Assembly (NCBI GenBank): GCA_035389045.1
Contig: DAOORA010000019.1
Location: forward strand, 1-64,000
Length of the DNA: 64,000 bases
Origin: Bacteroidales bacterium
GTDB taxonomy: Bacteria > Bacteroidota > Bacteroidia > Bacteroidales > CAIWKO01
Direction of reading: 5' to 3'
The position numbers were made by a program, and so were the translations under genes. Positions 28,732 to 39,566 of the stretch are shown here, piece after piece; the stretch's first letter is position 1, and the number at the start of each line of letters is the position of its first letter. The notes below the pieces were generated by a model. It did not search any database and had not been told where the DNA came from. It was given only the letters and a program-made list of their open reading frames with translations.

Positions 28732-29565
28732 ATGGAAAAGCAAAAAAACAGGTCCAGAAAACGACTTATACTGGCATGGCTGCTGGCGGTGGTTATCACT
28801 CTGGCGGCAGCCTATTATCAGCGTATAACGGGGCCGACCTATCCTAAAAAAGTGAGCTCTGAAATTAACGGGAACACATATAGGTTTTCTTTTATAAGGA
28901 GCGGTAGCAGTATGTCTGATTGTGAAATATCTGTTCCAGTGCATGAAAAAGATATTGAAGGATTTATGATTTATAGAAAATATCCTTCCAATGATAGCTG
29001 GGATACATTGACATTCAGCAGGGCAGATGGGGGGATGACTGCCTTCCTGCCGAAACAGCCGGCAGCCGGGAAGCTGGAATATTACCTGGTGTTCAGGAGT
29101 GGGGTTGAAACCATAGCTTTGATACCTTACGAGCCTGTCGTAATTAGGTTTAAAGGTGATGTGCCTGCTGTATTTTTGTTACCGCATGTTATATTTATGT
29201 TTTTTGCCATGATGTTCTCCAATGTGGCAGGAATACTGGCGGCCTTTAAGATAAATAAGGCGCGGCTATATTCATTTATTACATTGCTTTTGATTGTACT
29301 TGGGGGAATGATTATGGGGCCTGTGGTTCAGAAGTTTGCATTTGGAGAATTTTGGACAGGTGTCCCTTTTGGCTGGGACCTGACCGATAATAAGACCCTG
29401 ATAGCTTTTTTGGCATGGATCATAGCTGTTGTTGCCAATCGTAAAACATACAGACCGGGATATGTTATTGCTGCCGCGCTGGTGACATTGATAATCTTTT
29501 CAATACCTCACAGTTTGTTTGGCTCGGAATTAAACCCGGTTACCGGAGTGGTGACACAAGGGTAG
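28732..29565 (+). CDS. conserved hypothetical membrane protein
   Basis: 277 aa. N-terminal TM, periplasmic beta domain, about 4 C-terminal TMs (GPVVQKFAFGEFWTGVPFGWDLTDNKTL). Confidence 0.7.
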   Translation: MEKQKNRSRKRLILAWLLAVVITLAAAYYQRITGPTYPKKVSSEINGNTYRFSFIRSGSSMSDCEISVPVHEKDIEGFMIYRKYPSNDSWDTLTFSRADGGMTAFLPKQPAAGKLEYYLVFRSGVETIALIPYEPVVIRFKGDVPAVFLLPHVIFMFFAMMFSNVAGILAAFKINKARLYSFITLLLIVLGGMIMGPVVQKFAFGEFWTGVPFGWDLTDNKTLIAFLAWIIAVVANRKTYRPGYVIAAALVTLIIFSIPHSLFGSELNPVTGVVTQG

Positions 29566-29636
29566 GAGGGTGTCAACCATGAAGCGATGAGATTGAGGTT
29601 TTTTCTTATTGCAGGTCTGTTAAGAAGTGGTGATCT

Positions 29637-30047
29637 TTACCTGAATCTTTTCTTGTGATAGTCATAATTATCGCGGCGTTGTTGTTCAAGAACATCATAG
29701 ATTTTTTTTGAAAGATGAACAAACACCTCCAGATCATTGGCTTTCAGCCATTCTATGGCTTTAGGCTTGTTGCGGCAGGCATCGGCAAAAACAATATAAA
29801 ACATAAATTTGTTTTCTTTCAGCCATTTGTAAGCATCTTCATAGCCATCCATGGCATTGCTTAGTATCGCCAGGTGAGGATAACCGTTTTTAAGCAGCCA
29901 GAAAAAAGCTTCGTTATCCGAATTGATACAATTAGCCAGAGAGGCCAGCTCAAAATACCCGTTATCGGCAAGCCAATGAAATATTTTATTATTTCCGCTC
30001 ACCGCTTCGCCAAAAGCGACCAGAATTTTGGGCTCATAATGCAGCAT
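29637..30047 (-). CDS. hypothetical protein with short helical repeats
   Basis: 136 aa with repeated WL..NG(Y/F) units; closely spaced with upstream minus-strand genes. Confidence 0.65.
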   Translation of the reverse strand: MLHYEPKILVAFGEAVSGNNKIFHWLADNGYFELASLANCINSDNEAFFWLLKNGYPHLAILSNAMDGYEDAYKWLKENKFMFYIVFADACRNKPKAIEWLKANDLEVFVHLSKKIYDVLEQQRRDNYDYHKKRFR

Positions 30048-30052
30048 AATGA

Positions 30053-30292
30053 TTAAATATGACTAAATATGTTTTCTATTTTTTCAATTAGTTTTTTTTC
30101 ATCTAAAGATATGGCTCCATCAGCGTTCTTGGTCTTTATTGAAATTGTGACAAGATGCCGGTTTTCTTCCCAAAAAGGAATATGTTGGATTACGATCTTT
30201 AACAATGCTATCGTGTTGATAAATTCAACAGCTTTGACAAAATTATTGAATTCAAAAGTTTGGATCAGGTGATTTCTTTTGTATTCCCACAT
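30053..30292 (-). CDS. divergent pterin-4a-carbinolamine dehydratase-like protein
   Basis: MWEYKRNHLIQTFEFNNFVKAVEFIN resembles PCD/PhhB, but HHP and THD are replaced by QHIP and TKN. Confidence 0.55.
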   Translation of the reverse strand: MWEYKRNHLIQTFEFNNFVKAVEFINTIALLKIVIQHIPFWEENRHLVTISIKTKNADGAISLDEKKLIEKIENIFSHI

Positions 30293-30295
30293 GAG

Positions 30296-31066
30296 TTAAT
30301 AAACGCTGCATTTTAAATTCAGTTGTCTTATTTTGTCTGCAATTTTTTCCAATTCTTCTTTATCTATTTTTTCCAATTGCGCCATAGGAGGAAGGCGGTC
30401 GATAGAATAGATCATCACTTCTTTGGGATTGATAGCCGCGATATGTTTTAACAATTCTTTAAGTTCATCGCCGGTAGTGTTGTCAATATTTTTATCACCG
30501 ATTTGCCCCCGGAGGAACATAGTTTGAATAATAAGGTTGCCGTTGAACTTCTTCAGCCCGTCTATGATTTCATTCAGCGAGGTTTTAATTCTGGGCTTGT
30601 TCATCAGACGGAATGTGCTTTCGGTGCCTGCATCCAGTTTCATGATGTTATGAACTCTCATCAGAGCATTCAATACTTTGTCATTCGATACCAAGGTTGA
30701 GTTTGAAAGTACGACAACTCTGGCATGAGGAAAATATTTATCTCGAAGCTCAATAGTGTCATCAACAATGCTGTCAAACTGTGGGTGTATGGTCGGTTCT
30801 CCATTCCCTGCAAAGGTTATGGCATCCGGGATAAAATTTTCTTCTGTGAGCTGAATAAGCCTTTTTTCGAGCGATTCATGTATCAGTTCGGGAGAGTAAA
30901 ACTCAGCATTTTCGGTATCGCTGGCTTCGGTCCATCCACATTCGCAATAAATACAATTAAATGAACAGAATTTAATGTGAGGAGGGACAATATTCATGCC
31001 GAGTGAAATCCCCAGACGGCGGCTTTTTACCGGCCCGAATACAACAGAATCAAATAAAAAACTCAT
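30296..31066 (-). CDS. radical SAM protein (TYW1-like bacterial family)
   Basis: FGPVKSRRLGISLGMN, CSFNCIYCECG, ITFAGNGEPTIHP, KLDAG. Confidence 0.85.
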   Translation of the reverse strand: MSFLFDSVVFGPVKSRRLGISLGMNIVPPHIKFCSFNCIYCECGWTEASDTENAEFYSPELIHESLEKRLIQLTEENFIPDAITFAGNGEPTIHPQFDSIVDDTIELRDKYFPHARVVVLSNSTLVSNDKVLNALMRVHNIMKLDAGTESTFRLMNKPRIKTSLNEIIDGLKKFNGNLIIQTMFLRGQIGDKNIDNTTGDELKELLKHIAAINPKEVMIYSIDRLPPMAQLEKIDKEELEKIADKIRQLNLKCSVY

Positions 31067-31070
31067 GGTC

Positions 31071-33530
31071 TTACCTTATTGTAGCTTTAATTCTGTGTTT
31101 GAATGCATCGATAAGTTTGTTCATGGTATCATCAATGCGCTGGTCGGTAAGGGTTTTTTCTTCATCCTGAAGAATAAAACTGACGGCATAGGATTTTTTG
31201 TTTTTTCCAATGTTTTCTCCTTCATATATATCGAACAGCTCTACTTTCTTGACCAGGCGGGGCTCTGTTTCAAATGCAATATGCTCAATTTCAGAATATT
31301 TTACTGTACTGTCAATCAGTAAGGCAAGGTCTCTGCGAACTTCCGGAAAACGACTTACTTCCTGGTATTTTATGATTTGTTTTTCAACATGATAAACCAG
31401 GTAATCCCAGTCCAGGACTGCAAAATAAACATCATCTTTGATGTCCGATTGTTTTAAAAGTGCCGGATATAATTTCCCCAGATCACACAGCAAATGATCG
31501 TTATGATAATAAGATATCTGTGATGTGAACAATGCCGGCATCGTATTTTCCTTGATTTTCAGGCTGCTGATGTTTATACCTAACCGACGTAAAATATTGG
31601 TAGCAATTGCTTTGATAAAATACAGGTCAGCAGGTTGTTCTTTGCTGTACCAGTCCGGGTTTATTACATTACCGCTGGCGAATAATGCAAGCTGTTTGCC
31701 CTCGGTGTATTTGTCAAGGTGATTATCCGGGGTTGTCTGGTTACAGAGATAAATTCTTCCAAACTCATAGAAGAAGGTATCGTTATTTTTATGATTTTTG
31801 TTGAAAGCAATAGCCTCCAATCCGCCAAAAAGCAATGTTTGTCGCATGACATTCAGTTCCTTACTGAGTGGATTCACCAGATGTACAAGGCGTTCCGGGG
31901 AAAAAATATTAAGATTGCTGATATAGTAGTCCTGCTTGGTAAGAGAGTTGGACATAATCTCGTAAAAGCCGTTGGCTGTGAGATAATCCGAAATGATATG
32001 CTGCATTTTTTCTGCATCGGGTTTCTGAGTATAGCTGAGTGAGGCGTGCAAAGTTTCGTCACATTCAATATTATTATAACCGTAAATCCGGAGAATTTCT
32101 TCAATCACATCAATTTCGCGTGTAACATCAGTTTTGAAAACCGGTACAGATAATGTAAAATTGCTTTCATTTCTATTCAGTATATCAATATCCAACGACT
32201 TGAGAATATTTAGTACGATGCTCTCTTCGATATTTTTTCCTGCAATAATATTAAGTTTTTTCAATGAAAAATCAAAAATACGATTTGAAATTTTTTCAGG
32301 ATATACATCAATAATTTCTGACGATATTTCGCCGCCGGCTATTTCTTTTATAAGCACGGCGGCTCGTTTGATAGCAAAATCGGTGATATTCGGATCGGCT
32401 CCCCGTTCGAAACGGAATGATGCATCTGTTTTAAGTCCGTGATGCTTTGAGGTTTTGCGTATTGAAACAGGATTGAAATACGCACTTTCGAGGAAAATAT
32501 TTCTCGTTTCAGCTGTTACACCTGATTTTTCACCGCCGAAAACACCTGCTATGCACATACCCTCTTCACTGTTGCATATCATAAGATCGTCTGCTGTAAG
32601 AACTCTGCCGACACCATCCAATGTCTTAAAAATTGTACCTTCTGCAAGTTTTTTTACGATAACGGTATTACCTGTGATATAATCAGCATCAAAGGCATGT
32701 AACGGTTGTCCTGTTTCAAAAAGTACGAAATTGGTTATGTCCACTATGTTGTTTATTGGGCGTAAACCGATGATTTTCAATTTTTGTTGTAACCAGGCAG
32801 GAGAGTCTTTTACCTGAACCCCGCTGATGGTAAGCCCGGTATATCGGGGGCACGCCTTTTTATCTTCAATAATGATGTTTACCGTAAGGTTATTATTATC
32901 GGGTTTAAAACTACTGATGTCAGGAATTTTGAGTTTAATTTCCGTATTATTTTTACAATTTAATACGGCGATAACGTCGCGTGCAACGCCGATATGCGAA
33001 GTAGCATCGGAACGGTTGGGGGTGAGACCGATTTCATAGGTGTAATCTTCTTCCAGAGTAAGGTATTCTTTAGCGGCAAGGCCAACAGGAGCATTTACAT
33101 CAAGTACCATTATTCCTTCATGTGACTCGCCAAGCCCCAATTCATCTTCAGCACAGATCATCCCTTCTGATAGTTCTCCGCGCAATTTTGTTTTCTGAAT
33201 AGTAAATTCACCCTTGGGAGTTATCATTTTGGTGCCTATAGTTGCGACAAGTACTTTTTGACCTTGTGCCACATTGGGTGCCCCGCATACAATGGAAAGA
33301 GGTTCGTTGGTGCCGATATCTACTTTTGTAAGGCTGAGTTTGTCAGCATTCGGATGCTTTTGTTTTTCCACGACACAACCAACAACAACACCTTCCAAAC
33401 GACTCCTGTCAACGCCTGAATATTCCATGGCTTCTACTTCCAAACCGCAATTGGTAAGGATCAGCGAGAGTTCCTCGGGAGCAATACTAAGGCCGGTGTA
33501 TTGTTTAAGCCAGTTATATGAAATTTTCAT
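31071..33530 (-). CDS. pheT: phenylalanine-tRNA ligase beta subunit
   Basis: MKISYNWLK, HPNADKL, IVCGAPNV, LTPNRSD, DASFRFERG, FPEVRRDLAL. Start at ATG 33530. Confidence 0.97.
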   Translation of the reverse strand: MKISYNWLKQYTGLSIAPEELSLILTNCGLEVEAMEYSGVDRSRLEGVVVGCVVEKQKHPNADKLSLTKVDIGTNEPLSIVCGAPNVAQGQKVLVATIGTKMITPKGEFTIQKTKLRGELSEGMICAEDELGLGESHEGIMVLDVNAPVGLAAKEYLTLEEDYTYEIGLTPNRSDATSHIGVARDVIAVLNCKNNTEIKLKIPDISSFKPDNNNLTVNIIIEDKKACPRYTGLTISGVQVKDSPAWLQQKLKIIGLRPINNIVDITNFVLFETGQPLHAFDADYITGNTVIVKKLAEGTIFKTLDGVGRVLTADDLMICNSEEGMCIAGVFGGEKSGVTAETRNIFLESAYFNPVSIRKTSKHHGLKTDASFRFERGADPNITDFAIKRAAVLIKEIAGGEISSEIIDVYPEKISNRIFDFSLKKLNIIAGKNIEESIVLNILKSLDIDILNRNESNFTLSVPVFKTDVTREIDVIEEILRIYGYNNIECDETLHASLSYTQKPDAEKMQHIISDYLTANGFYEIMSNSLTKQDYYISNLNIFSPERLVHLVNPLSKELNVMRQTLLFGGLEAIAFNKNHKNNDTFFYEFGRIYLCNQTTPDNHLDKYTEGKQLALFASGNVINPDWYSKEQPADLYFIKAIATNILRRLGINISSLKIKENTMPALFTSQISYYHNDHLLCDLGKLYPALLKQSDIKDDVYFAVLDWDYLVYHVEKQIIKYQEVSRFPEVRRDLALLIDSTVKYSEIEHIAFETEPRLVKKVELFDIYEGENIGKNKKSYAVSFILQDEEKTLTDQRIDDTMNKLIDAFKHRIKATIR

Positions 33531-33632
33531 TTGTATATTTTTTGCAAAAATAAACAATGAAATTGAGACAAGGATTAAAAATTCAATGACGGAATAATTG
33601 GCCCCGACTTCATTAGGAAAGAAACCTGTGTC

Positions 33633-34058
33633 TTATGAAATTTTTTTTAATTTTATTAGAATTAATTTTTTGATGTCATCCCACAATATGTCTGAGTTTA
33701 CCCTGATCTGGATACCTCGCCCTTCGGCATACACTCTGGCATCCCGGATCATTTGTTTTATTTCTTCTGAGATATCACTCTGCAGAGCATCCTGTGAGGC
33801 TTTTTCTCCGAAAACGATTGAAAAAAGGAAATATTTGTCAGCAGGAGTGAGATAAACTATTGCACGTTTTTTATCTTTTAACCTAAATCCCCAGCCATAG
33901 TTGTTTCCTGAATGTTTCCATTCTTCAATGGCAAGTGGGTACTGCTGAATGACGAAATCTTTAATTTCTTTCCACCAAAGGATATTATCCTGCAATGCTT
34001 CAGTGAGCATTTTTTCAGTGGGTTTTACAAATTTATCCTCAAAAATACTCAATGCCAT
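33633..34058 (-). CDS. DUF3788-like protein
   Basis: EEWKHSGNNYGWGFRLKDKKRAIVYLTP, ARVYAEGRGI. Confidence 0.7.
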   Translation of the reverse strand: MALSIFEDKFVKPTEKMLTEALQDNILWWKEIKDFVIQQYPLAIEEWKHSGNNYGWGFRLKDKKRAIVYLTPADKYFLFSIVFGEKASQDALQSDISEEIKQMIRDARVYAEGRGIQIRVNSDILWDDIKKLILIKLKKIS

Positions 34059-34109
34059 ATGACTATTGTATGTTTTTATTGTTAGGAAGAAATCAATAGG
34101 ATGCAGGTA

Positions 34110-36743
34110 TTATGGTTTCAATGATCGTATTTGCTCTTCAATAATATGTATCTTGCTTTCGGCATCTGCCTTCTTTTTCTTTTCTGCTGTGACTACCTGT
34201 TCGGGCGCATTATTGACAAATCGCTCGTTGCTGAGCTTTTTATTTACGGATTCAAGAAATCCCTGGTGATAATTCAGTTCTTCACAGAGTTTTTTTAGCT
34301 CACTTTCAACATTAATGCTGCTGCTGACCGGGATGTAAAATTCGGTAGACTGTACCATGAAAGTAATTGAGTTTTCAGGCTTTGCAGTAACGTAAATGAT
34401 TTCGCTTATATTGCAGAGTTTGGATACTATACCATCGAAAGTCGTATCGGCCTGTTCATTGTTGTTTTTGCGTATACTAAGTGCAATAGTTTCTTTATTT
34501 GGGATGTTTTTTTCTTTTCGTATCATACGAACCTGTGAAATCACTTCCCGAACATAATCAAAATTTTTGATGAGGTTAATGTCGTACATCTGAGATTCTG
34601 GCATTTTTGAGATCATAATTGACTCACCATCATTTCTTTCCCGAAGTTGCTGCCACAGTTCTTCTGTGATGAAGGGCATGAAAGGATGTAAAATCAGCAT
34701 TAATTTTTCAAACATGTCAATTGTCGCTTCCAGTGTGACTTTGTCTATTGGCATCTGGTAAGCAGGTTTAATCATTTCAAGATACCAGGAACAGAAATCG
34801 TCCCAGATGAGTTTGTAAACTGTCATCAGGGCATCTGACATCCGATATTTATTGTAATGATCATTTAATTCTTCAAAAGCCTGATTAAAGCGGTTGTTGA
34901 ACCATTTAACAGATACTTGATTTTCTTGAGTTTGAGTTTGTGTGTTATCAACCTGCCAGCCATTAACAAGGCGGAAGGCATTCCATATTTTATTGCTGAA
35001 GTTTCGTCCCTGTTCGCAAAGTGTTTCATCGAAAAGGATGTCGTTGCCTGCCGGAGAGGCAAGTAACATTCCCATACGGACACCGTCGGCGCCGTATTTA
35101 GTTATTAGATCCATCGGTTCGGGAGAATTGCCAAGCGATTTGGACATTTTTCGGCCAAGCTTGTCCCTGACCATGCCGGTTAAATAAACGTTTTTAAATG
35201 GAATTTCCTTTTTGTATTCTAATCCTGCCATGATCATGCGCGCCACCCAAAAGAATAAAATATCCGGAGCAGTGATCAGGTCTTGTGTCGGATAATAATA
35301 TTTAATGTCTGCGTTATCCGGATTCCGAATCCCGTCAAAAACGGAGATGGGCCATAGCCATGAAGAGAACCATGTGTCAAGCACATCTTCGTCCTGAGTG
35401 ATCTCGGAAATTTGTACAGTTCTGTTTAATAAATCCTGAGCTTTTTTTGCCGCTTCTTCAATAGTTTTAGCAACAACAACTTTTCCTCCCGGCAGATAAA
35501 ATGCAGGTATACGCTGCCCCCACCATAACTGGCGTGAAATACACCAGTCTTTCACATTCTCCATCCAGTGCCTGTATGTATTGATGAATTTTGGAGGATA
35601 GAATTTTACTTTTTCTTCTAATACAATATCCAGGGCGGGTTTTGCGAGTTCGGCCATTTTCATGAACCATTGTAATGATAATTTGGGTTCAATTGCCACA
35701 TCAGTGCGTTCGGAATAACCGACTTTATTAATGATGGCTTCAGTTTTAATCAGATGTCCCTTGCTGTTCAGCTCATCAATGATTTTCTCCCGGACCACAA
35801 AGCGATCTTCTCCAACGAAGAGGATAGCTTTTTCATTTAAGGTTCCGTTGTCATTGAAAATATCAATAGACTCAAGGTCATGCTTTATACCAAGATTATA
35901 GTCATTGATGTCATGCGCAGGAGTTACTTTCAAAGCTCCTGTTCCAAATTCCCGGTCAACATATTCATCAAAGATTAGCGGAACGGAACGGTTGATAAGA
36001 GGAATGATGATATTTTTGCCTTTAAGGTGAGCGTAACGTACATCTTCGGGATGAACGCATATGGCAGTATCGCCTAAAATTGTTTCAGGTCTTGTTGTGG
36101 CAATTGTAATCCAGTCATCACTGGTATCTTCTACTTTATAGCGAATGTAATATAGTTTCGAATTAACTTCTTTGTAAATGACTTCTTCATCAGAAACTGC
36201 AGTTAACGCTTTAGGATCCCAGTTGACCATGCGGACACCGCGGTATATCAACCCCTTATTGAATAAATCGATAAAAACATCAATAACAGATTCATACATT
36301 ATTGGATCCATTGTAAAGCGGGTTCTGTCCCAGTCGCATGAAGCTCCCAGTTTTTTCAGTTGTTCAAGAATAATTCCTCCGTGTTTTTCTTTCCAATCCC
36401 ATGCATGATTCATAAAATCTGAACGGTTGATATCTTTTTTTTGAATACCCTCATTGCTGAGTTTAGCCACAACTTTTGCCTCTGTTGCGATTGACGCATG
36501 GTCGGTACCGGGTACCCAACATGCATTTAATCCGATCATTCTGGCATGGCGAATAATAATATCCTGAATAGTATTGTTCAGAATGTGTCCCATGTGCAGT
36601 ACGCCAGTAACATTCGGTGGTGGTATTACAATTGTATAGGGTTGACGGTCATCAGGTTCTGAATGAAAAAATTTGTTTTTCAACCAATAGGCATACCATT
36701 TATGTTCTGTGAGTTTAGGATCGTATTTTGTTGGCAGTTCCAT
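34110..36743 (-). CDS. valS: valine-tRNA ligase
   Basis: [37 protein letters not shown]-terminal coiled coil. Start at ATG 36743. Confidence 0.97.
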   Translation of the reverse strand: MELPTKYDPKLTEHKWYAYWLKNKFFHSEPDDRQPYTIVIPPPNVTGVLHMGHILNNTIQDIIIRHARMIGLNACWVPGTDHASIATEAKVVAKLSNEGIQKKDINRSDFMNHAWDWKEKHGGIILEQLKKLGASCDWDRTRFTMDPIMYESVIDVFIDLFNKGLIYRGVRMVNWDPKALTAVSDEEVIYKEVNSKLYYIRYKVEDTSDDWITIATTRPETILGDTAICVHPEDVRYAHLKGKNIIIPLINRSVPLIFDEYVDREFGTGALKVTPAHDINDYNLGIKHDLESIDIFNDNGTLNEKAILFVGEDRFVVREKIIDELNSKGHLIKTEAIINKVGYSERTDVAIEPKLSLQWFMKMAELAKPALDIVLEEKVKFYPPKFINTYRHWMENVKDWCISRQLWWGQRIPAFYLPGGKVVVAKTIEEAAKKAQDLLNRTVQISEITQDEDVLDTWFSSWLWPISVFDGIRNPDNADIKYYYPTQDLITAPDILFFWVARMIMAGLEYKKEIPFKNVYLTGMVRDKLGRKMSKSLGNSPEPMDLITKYGADGVRMGMLLASPAGNDILFDETLCEQGRNFSNKIWNAFRLVNGWQVDNTQTQTQENQVSVKWFNNRFNQAFEELNDHYNKYRMSDALMTVYKLIWDDFCSWYLEMIKPAYQMPIDKVTLEATIDMFEKLMLILHPFMPFITEELWQQLRERNDGESIMISKMPESQMYDINLIKNFDYVREVISQVRMIRKEKNIPNKETIALSIRKNNNEQADTTFDGIVSKLCNISEIIYVTAKPENSITFMVQSTEFYIPVSSSINVESELKKLCEELNYHQGFLESVNKKLSNERFVNNAPEQVVTAEKKKKADAESKIHIIEEQIRSLKP

Positions 36744-36764
36744 AACAATTAATAAAATAGAGTG

Positions 36765-36772
36765 CAAAAGTA
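36765..36772 (-). promoter_or_regulatory. -7 element upstream of valS
   Basis: TACTTTTG on the minus strand about 22 nt before the ATG. Confidence 0.6.
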
Positions 36773-36947
36773 CGATTTTGATTTTATTAGACAGAGTTCT
36801 GACTTCGGAAATTTTACCATTTTGAATTCCAATGGCTATTTTTCAGGATAATATATATTATAATACAGTGATAGTTTTAGAAAGGACGAATTATTAATGG
36901 ATTGTTTAAAGGATGTGTTGCAAGAAAGTGTAATTATTCTAAACAAA

Positions 36948-37940
36948 TCAAATGTTTATTAGTTCAGCAATTTTTTCCGCGTCAATATCCATCATACAGC
37001 GGAAATGTTTTTTTGGGCACTGTTTATAACCAAGTTTGCTGCAAGGACGGCATTTAAGATTTTTTACTTCAATGACATGATAATTGTCCATACCTTTCGG
37101 ATAATAGGGAAACATTCCCAAATCATTTACGGTATTTCCCCACACTGATATAATTTTTTTTCGAAGAGCTGCAGCAATATGCATAAGTCCGGTGTCAGTA
37201 GTAATAACAGCCTGTGCTTGTTCAATAAAGGAAGCCGATTGATTGATGTTGAAGTTTCCACATGCGTTAAATACGTGGTTATGTAATTCTGCGGAAACCA
37301 AATTGGCCTTTTCCCTGTCTCCATTATCGCCAAGAAGTATAACGGGGAATTTGACTGCCCTGCATATTTCAATCATTTTTTCAACAGGTATTTGTTTGGT
37401 AACTTGTTTACTGCCTGCCACGAGGGTTATATATCCGTCCTGAAATAGTTTCGGAAGAAATTCTTTTATGTTAATCCGATCTATTGCAGGAATAAAATAA
37501 TCCAGTCCTTGATAATCATTGTGAACATTTAGCTTTTTTACTGCAAGGAAGTATCTGTCTACAATTGATATATTAGGAAGAAGATTAATTTTAAAATTTG
37601 TGAGCAGCCATTTTTTCTTGTTTAGTTTGTTGAAGGTTCCAAATGGTAAACAAAGCCTCATTCTTACATGCAATGATCGTCTGTTTTTCTGAAGATCAAC
37701 AATAAAATTGAAATTCTCTTTTTTTAGTTCATGGATGATTTCATTAATTTTTTTTTCAAAGGAGTAGATTTTCTTGATATGTGGATTATGGGCCAGTAAG
37801 GGAATATATTGTTTTTTTGTTAAAAAGTGCAGTTCAACTTCAGGCAGTTGTACTTTTAGACAGCGAATTACCGGGGTTGTCAAAACAATATCCCCAATGG
37901 AGCTAAAACGGATAATAAGAATTTTGTAAGTAGTTGACAT
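36948..37940 (-). CDS. glycosyltransferase family 9 (heptosyltransferase-like)
   Basis: KILIIRFSSIGDIVLTTP, DTGLMHIAAA, CRPCSKLGYKQCPKKHFRCM. Confidence 0.9.
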   Translation of the reverse strand: MSTTYKILIIRFSSIGDIVLTTPVIRCLKVQLPEVELHFLTKKQYIPLLAHNPHIKKIYSFEKKINEIIHELKKENFNFIVDLQKNRRSLHVRMRLCLPFGTFNKLNKKKWLLTNFKINLLPNISIVDRYFLAVKKLNVHNDYQGLDYFIPAIDRINIKEFLPKLFQDGYITLVAGSKQVTKQIPVEKMIEICRAVKFPVILLGDNGDREKANLVSAELHNHVFNACGNFNINQSASFIEQAQAVITTDTGLMHIAAALRKKIISVWGNTVNDLGMFPYYPKGMDNYHVIEVKNLKCRPCSKLGYKQCPKKHFRCMMDIDAEKIAELINI

Positions 37941-38152
37941 CAATCAATATTAATTATCATCCAGTAAAATTAGGAATTATTTTCAAACACTGATATGAAA
38001 TGCATTAAACCATAACAACACATACTATTAAATTAGATTAATATATTTTGAATTATTCAATTTAAGACATTATCCACTTTTTATTGTTATGAAAGATGTA
38101 ACTTTTTTTATATTTTTGGAACTTGGAATATTTTGTTTTGATATATATTGCC

Positions 38153-39544
38153 ATGACGAAATTTGTAATGTTGAGTTTTATTATATTTAATATTTTTTAT
38201 TGTTGTATTAAATATAATTTTGCCCAGGAACCAATAACTGATAGTTTACATTGTTGTTTAGAAAAAGCCGGGAGGGTTACAAAACTTGAATTTCTTCATG
38301 ATCTTACCCGGCAGCAATGGAACACAGATCCTGATAAGGCTATGAAATATGCCAGGATGGCATACGAGATATCTATAAAGGCTCATGATTCATTGAATTT
38401 GGCCATGGCATATAAAAATATGGGAATAATCTATTATCTTACTGGTGAAAATGAAAAAGCACTGGAGTATTATAATAAAGCATTAAATGTTTATACTCTG
38501 CTCTCGGATATGAGGGGAATATCTAGTTGTATTAATAATATCGGGATTATTTTTAAATGCTTTGGTGAATATGATAAAGCACTCGTTCTTTATAAAAAGA
38601 GTTTACTAATTGATTATAAACTTGATGATAATAAAGCTTTAGCGAGCACACTTAATAATATTGGTGAAATATATCATTTGCAAGGTTTTTATGATAAGGC
38701 AATTTTTTTTTATAAACAGTCATTATTCTTAGAAATGAAATTTAATAATTATGATGGGATAGGAGAAAGTTTTCTTAATATTGGTTCAATTTATCAGGAA
38801 AATGGCATGTACAAAGAAAGTATGGAAAACTATAAAAAAGCTTTGATGCTTTTTATTAAAACGGGGAATGCAAATCGGATAGCACTTGTATGCCACGACA
38901 TTGGCGAACTGTTTTATTCTGAGAAAGTTTTTTTCTATTCATATTTGTATGCAAAAAAATCAATGAACCTTAGACAAAAGTTAGGAGACAAACAAGGCAT
39001 AGCCTCTACTTCTATTTTGTTAGCATTAATATATGAAGCTTTGGGCTATAATGATTTAGCGGACGAATATTTATTCAAAGGCCTTCTTATGGAGCTTGAA
39101 CTTAAAAATAAAAAAAAGATTTCCATTGCTTTAACTAATAAAGGAAAAATGCTGTATAAATCAGATGAATATGATCAAGCAATAAAATATTTTCTTAATA
39201 GTTTGGAATTAGCCCTCGAGATGAATGCCTGGCCTGAAATTCTTGACAATTATGAGTACCTATCAGAATCGTATTTTTACCTTCATGATACAAGCAAAGG
39301 TCTTTATTATAATGATCTTTATAAAATTTTGTATGATTCTATAAAAAAAGAATCATCTGAGATTAAAAGAACAAATTATGAAACAAATAATACTTTAATA
39401 GCAGTAGGAGATCATGAAAAAACAAGTATCATTGACAAGTTGGGCACAAAAAACATAAAGCCATTGATTTTTTTGTCTACTATTATTATAACTTTTTTAA
39501 TAATTTTCTTATTTTTACTGAATCAAAAAAATAAACGTAACTAA
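38153..39544 (+). CDS. tetratricopeptide repeat protein with C-terminal membrane anchor
   Basis: Multiple TPRs (NMGIIYYLTGENEKALEYYNKAL, NNIGEIYHLQGFYDKAIFFYKQSL), C-terminal hydrophobic helix then short basic tail; visibly AT-rich. Confidence 0.82.
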   Translation: MTKFVMLSFIIFNIFYCCIKYNFAQEPITDSLHCCLEKAGRVTKLEFLHDLTRQQWNTDPDKAMKYARMAYEISIKAHDSLNLAMAYKNMGIIYYLTGENEKALEYYNKALNVYTLLSDMRGISSCINNIGIIFKCFGEYDKALVLYKKSLLIDYKLDDNKALASTLNNIGEIYHLQGFYDKAIFFYKQSLFLEMKFNNYDGIGESFLNIGSIYQENGMYKESMENYKKALMLFIKTGNANRIALVCHDIGELFYSEKVFFYSYLYAKKSMNLRQKLGDKQGIASTSILLALIYEALGYNDLADEYLFKGLLMELELKNKKKISIALTNKGKMLYKSDEYDQAIKYFLNSLELALEMNAWPEILDNYEYLSESYFYLHDTSKGLYYNDLYKILYDSIKKESSEIKRTNYETNNTLIAVGDHEKTSIIDKLGTKNIKPLIFLSTIIITFLIIFLFLLNQKNKRN

Positions 39545-39566
39545 AAGAATAATTAAAGGAGGATTT

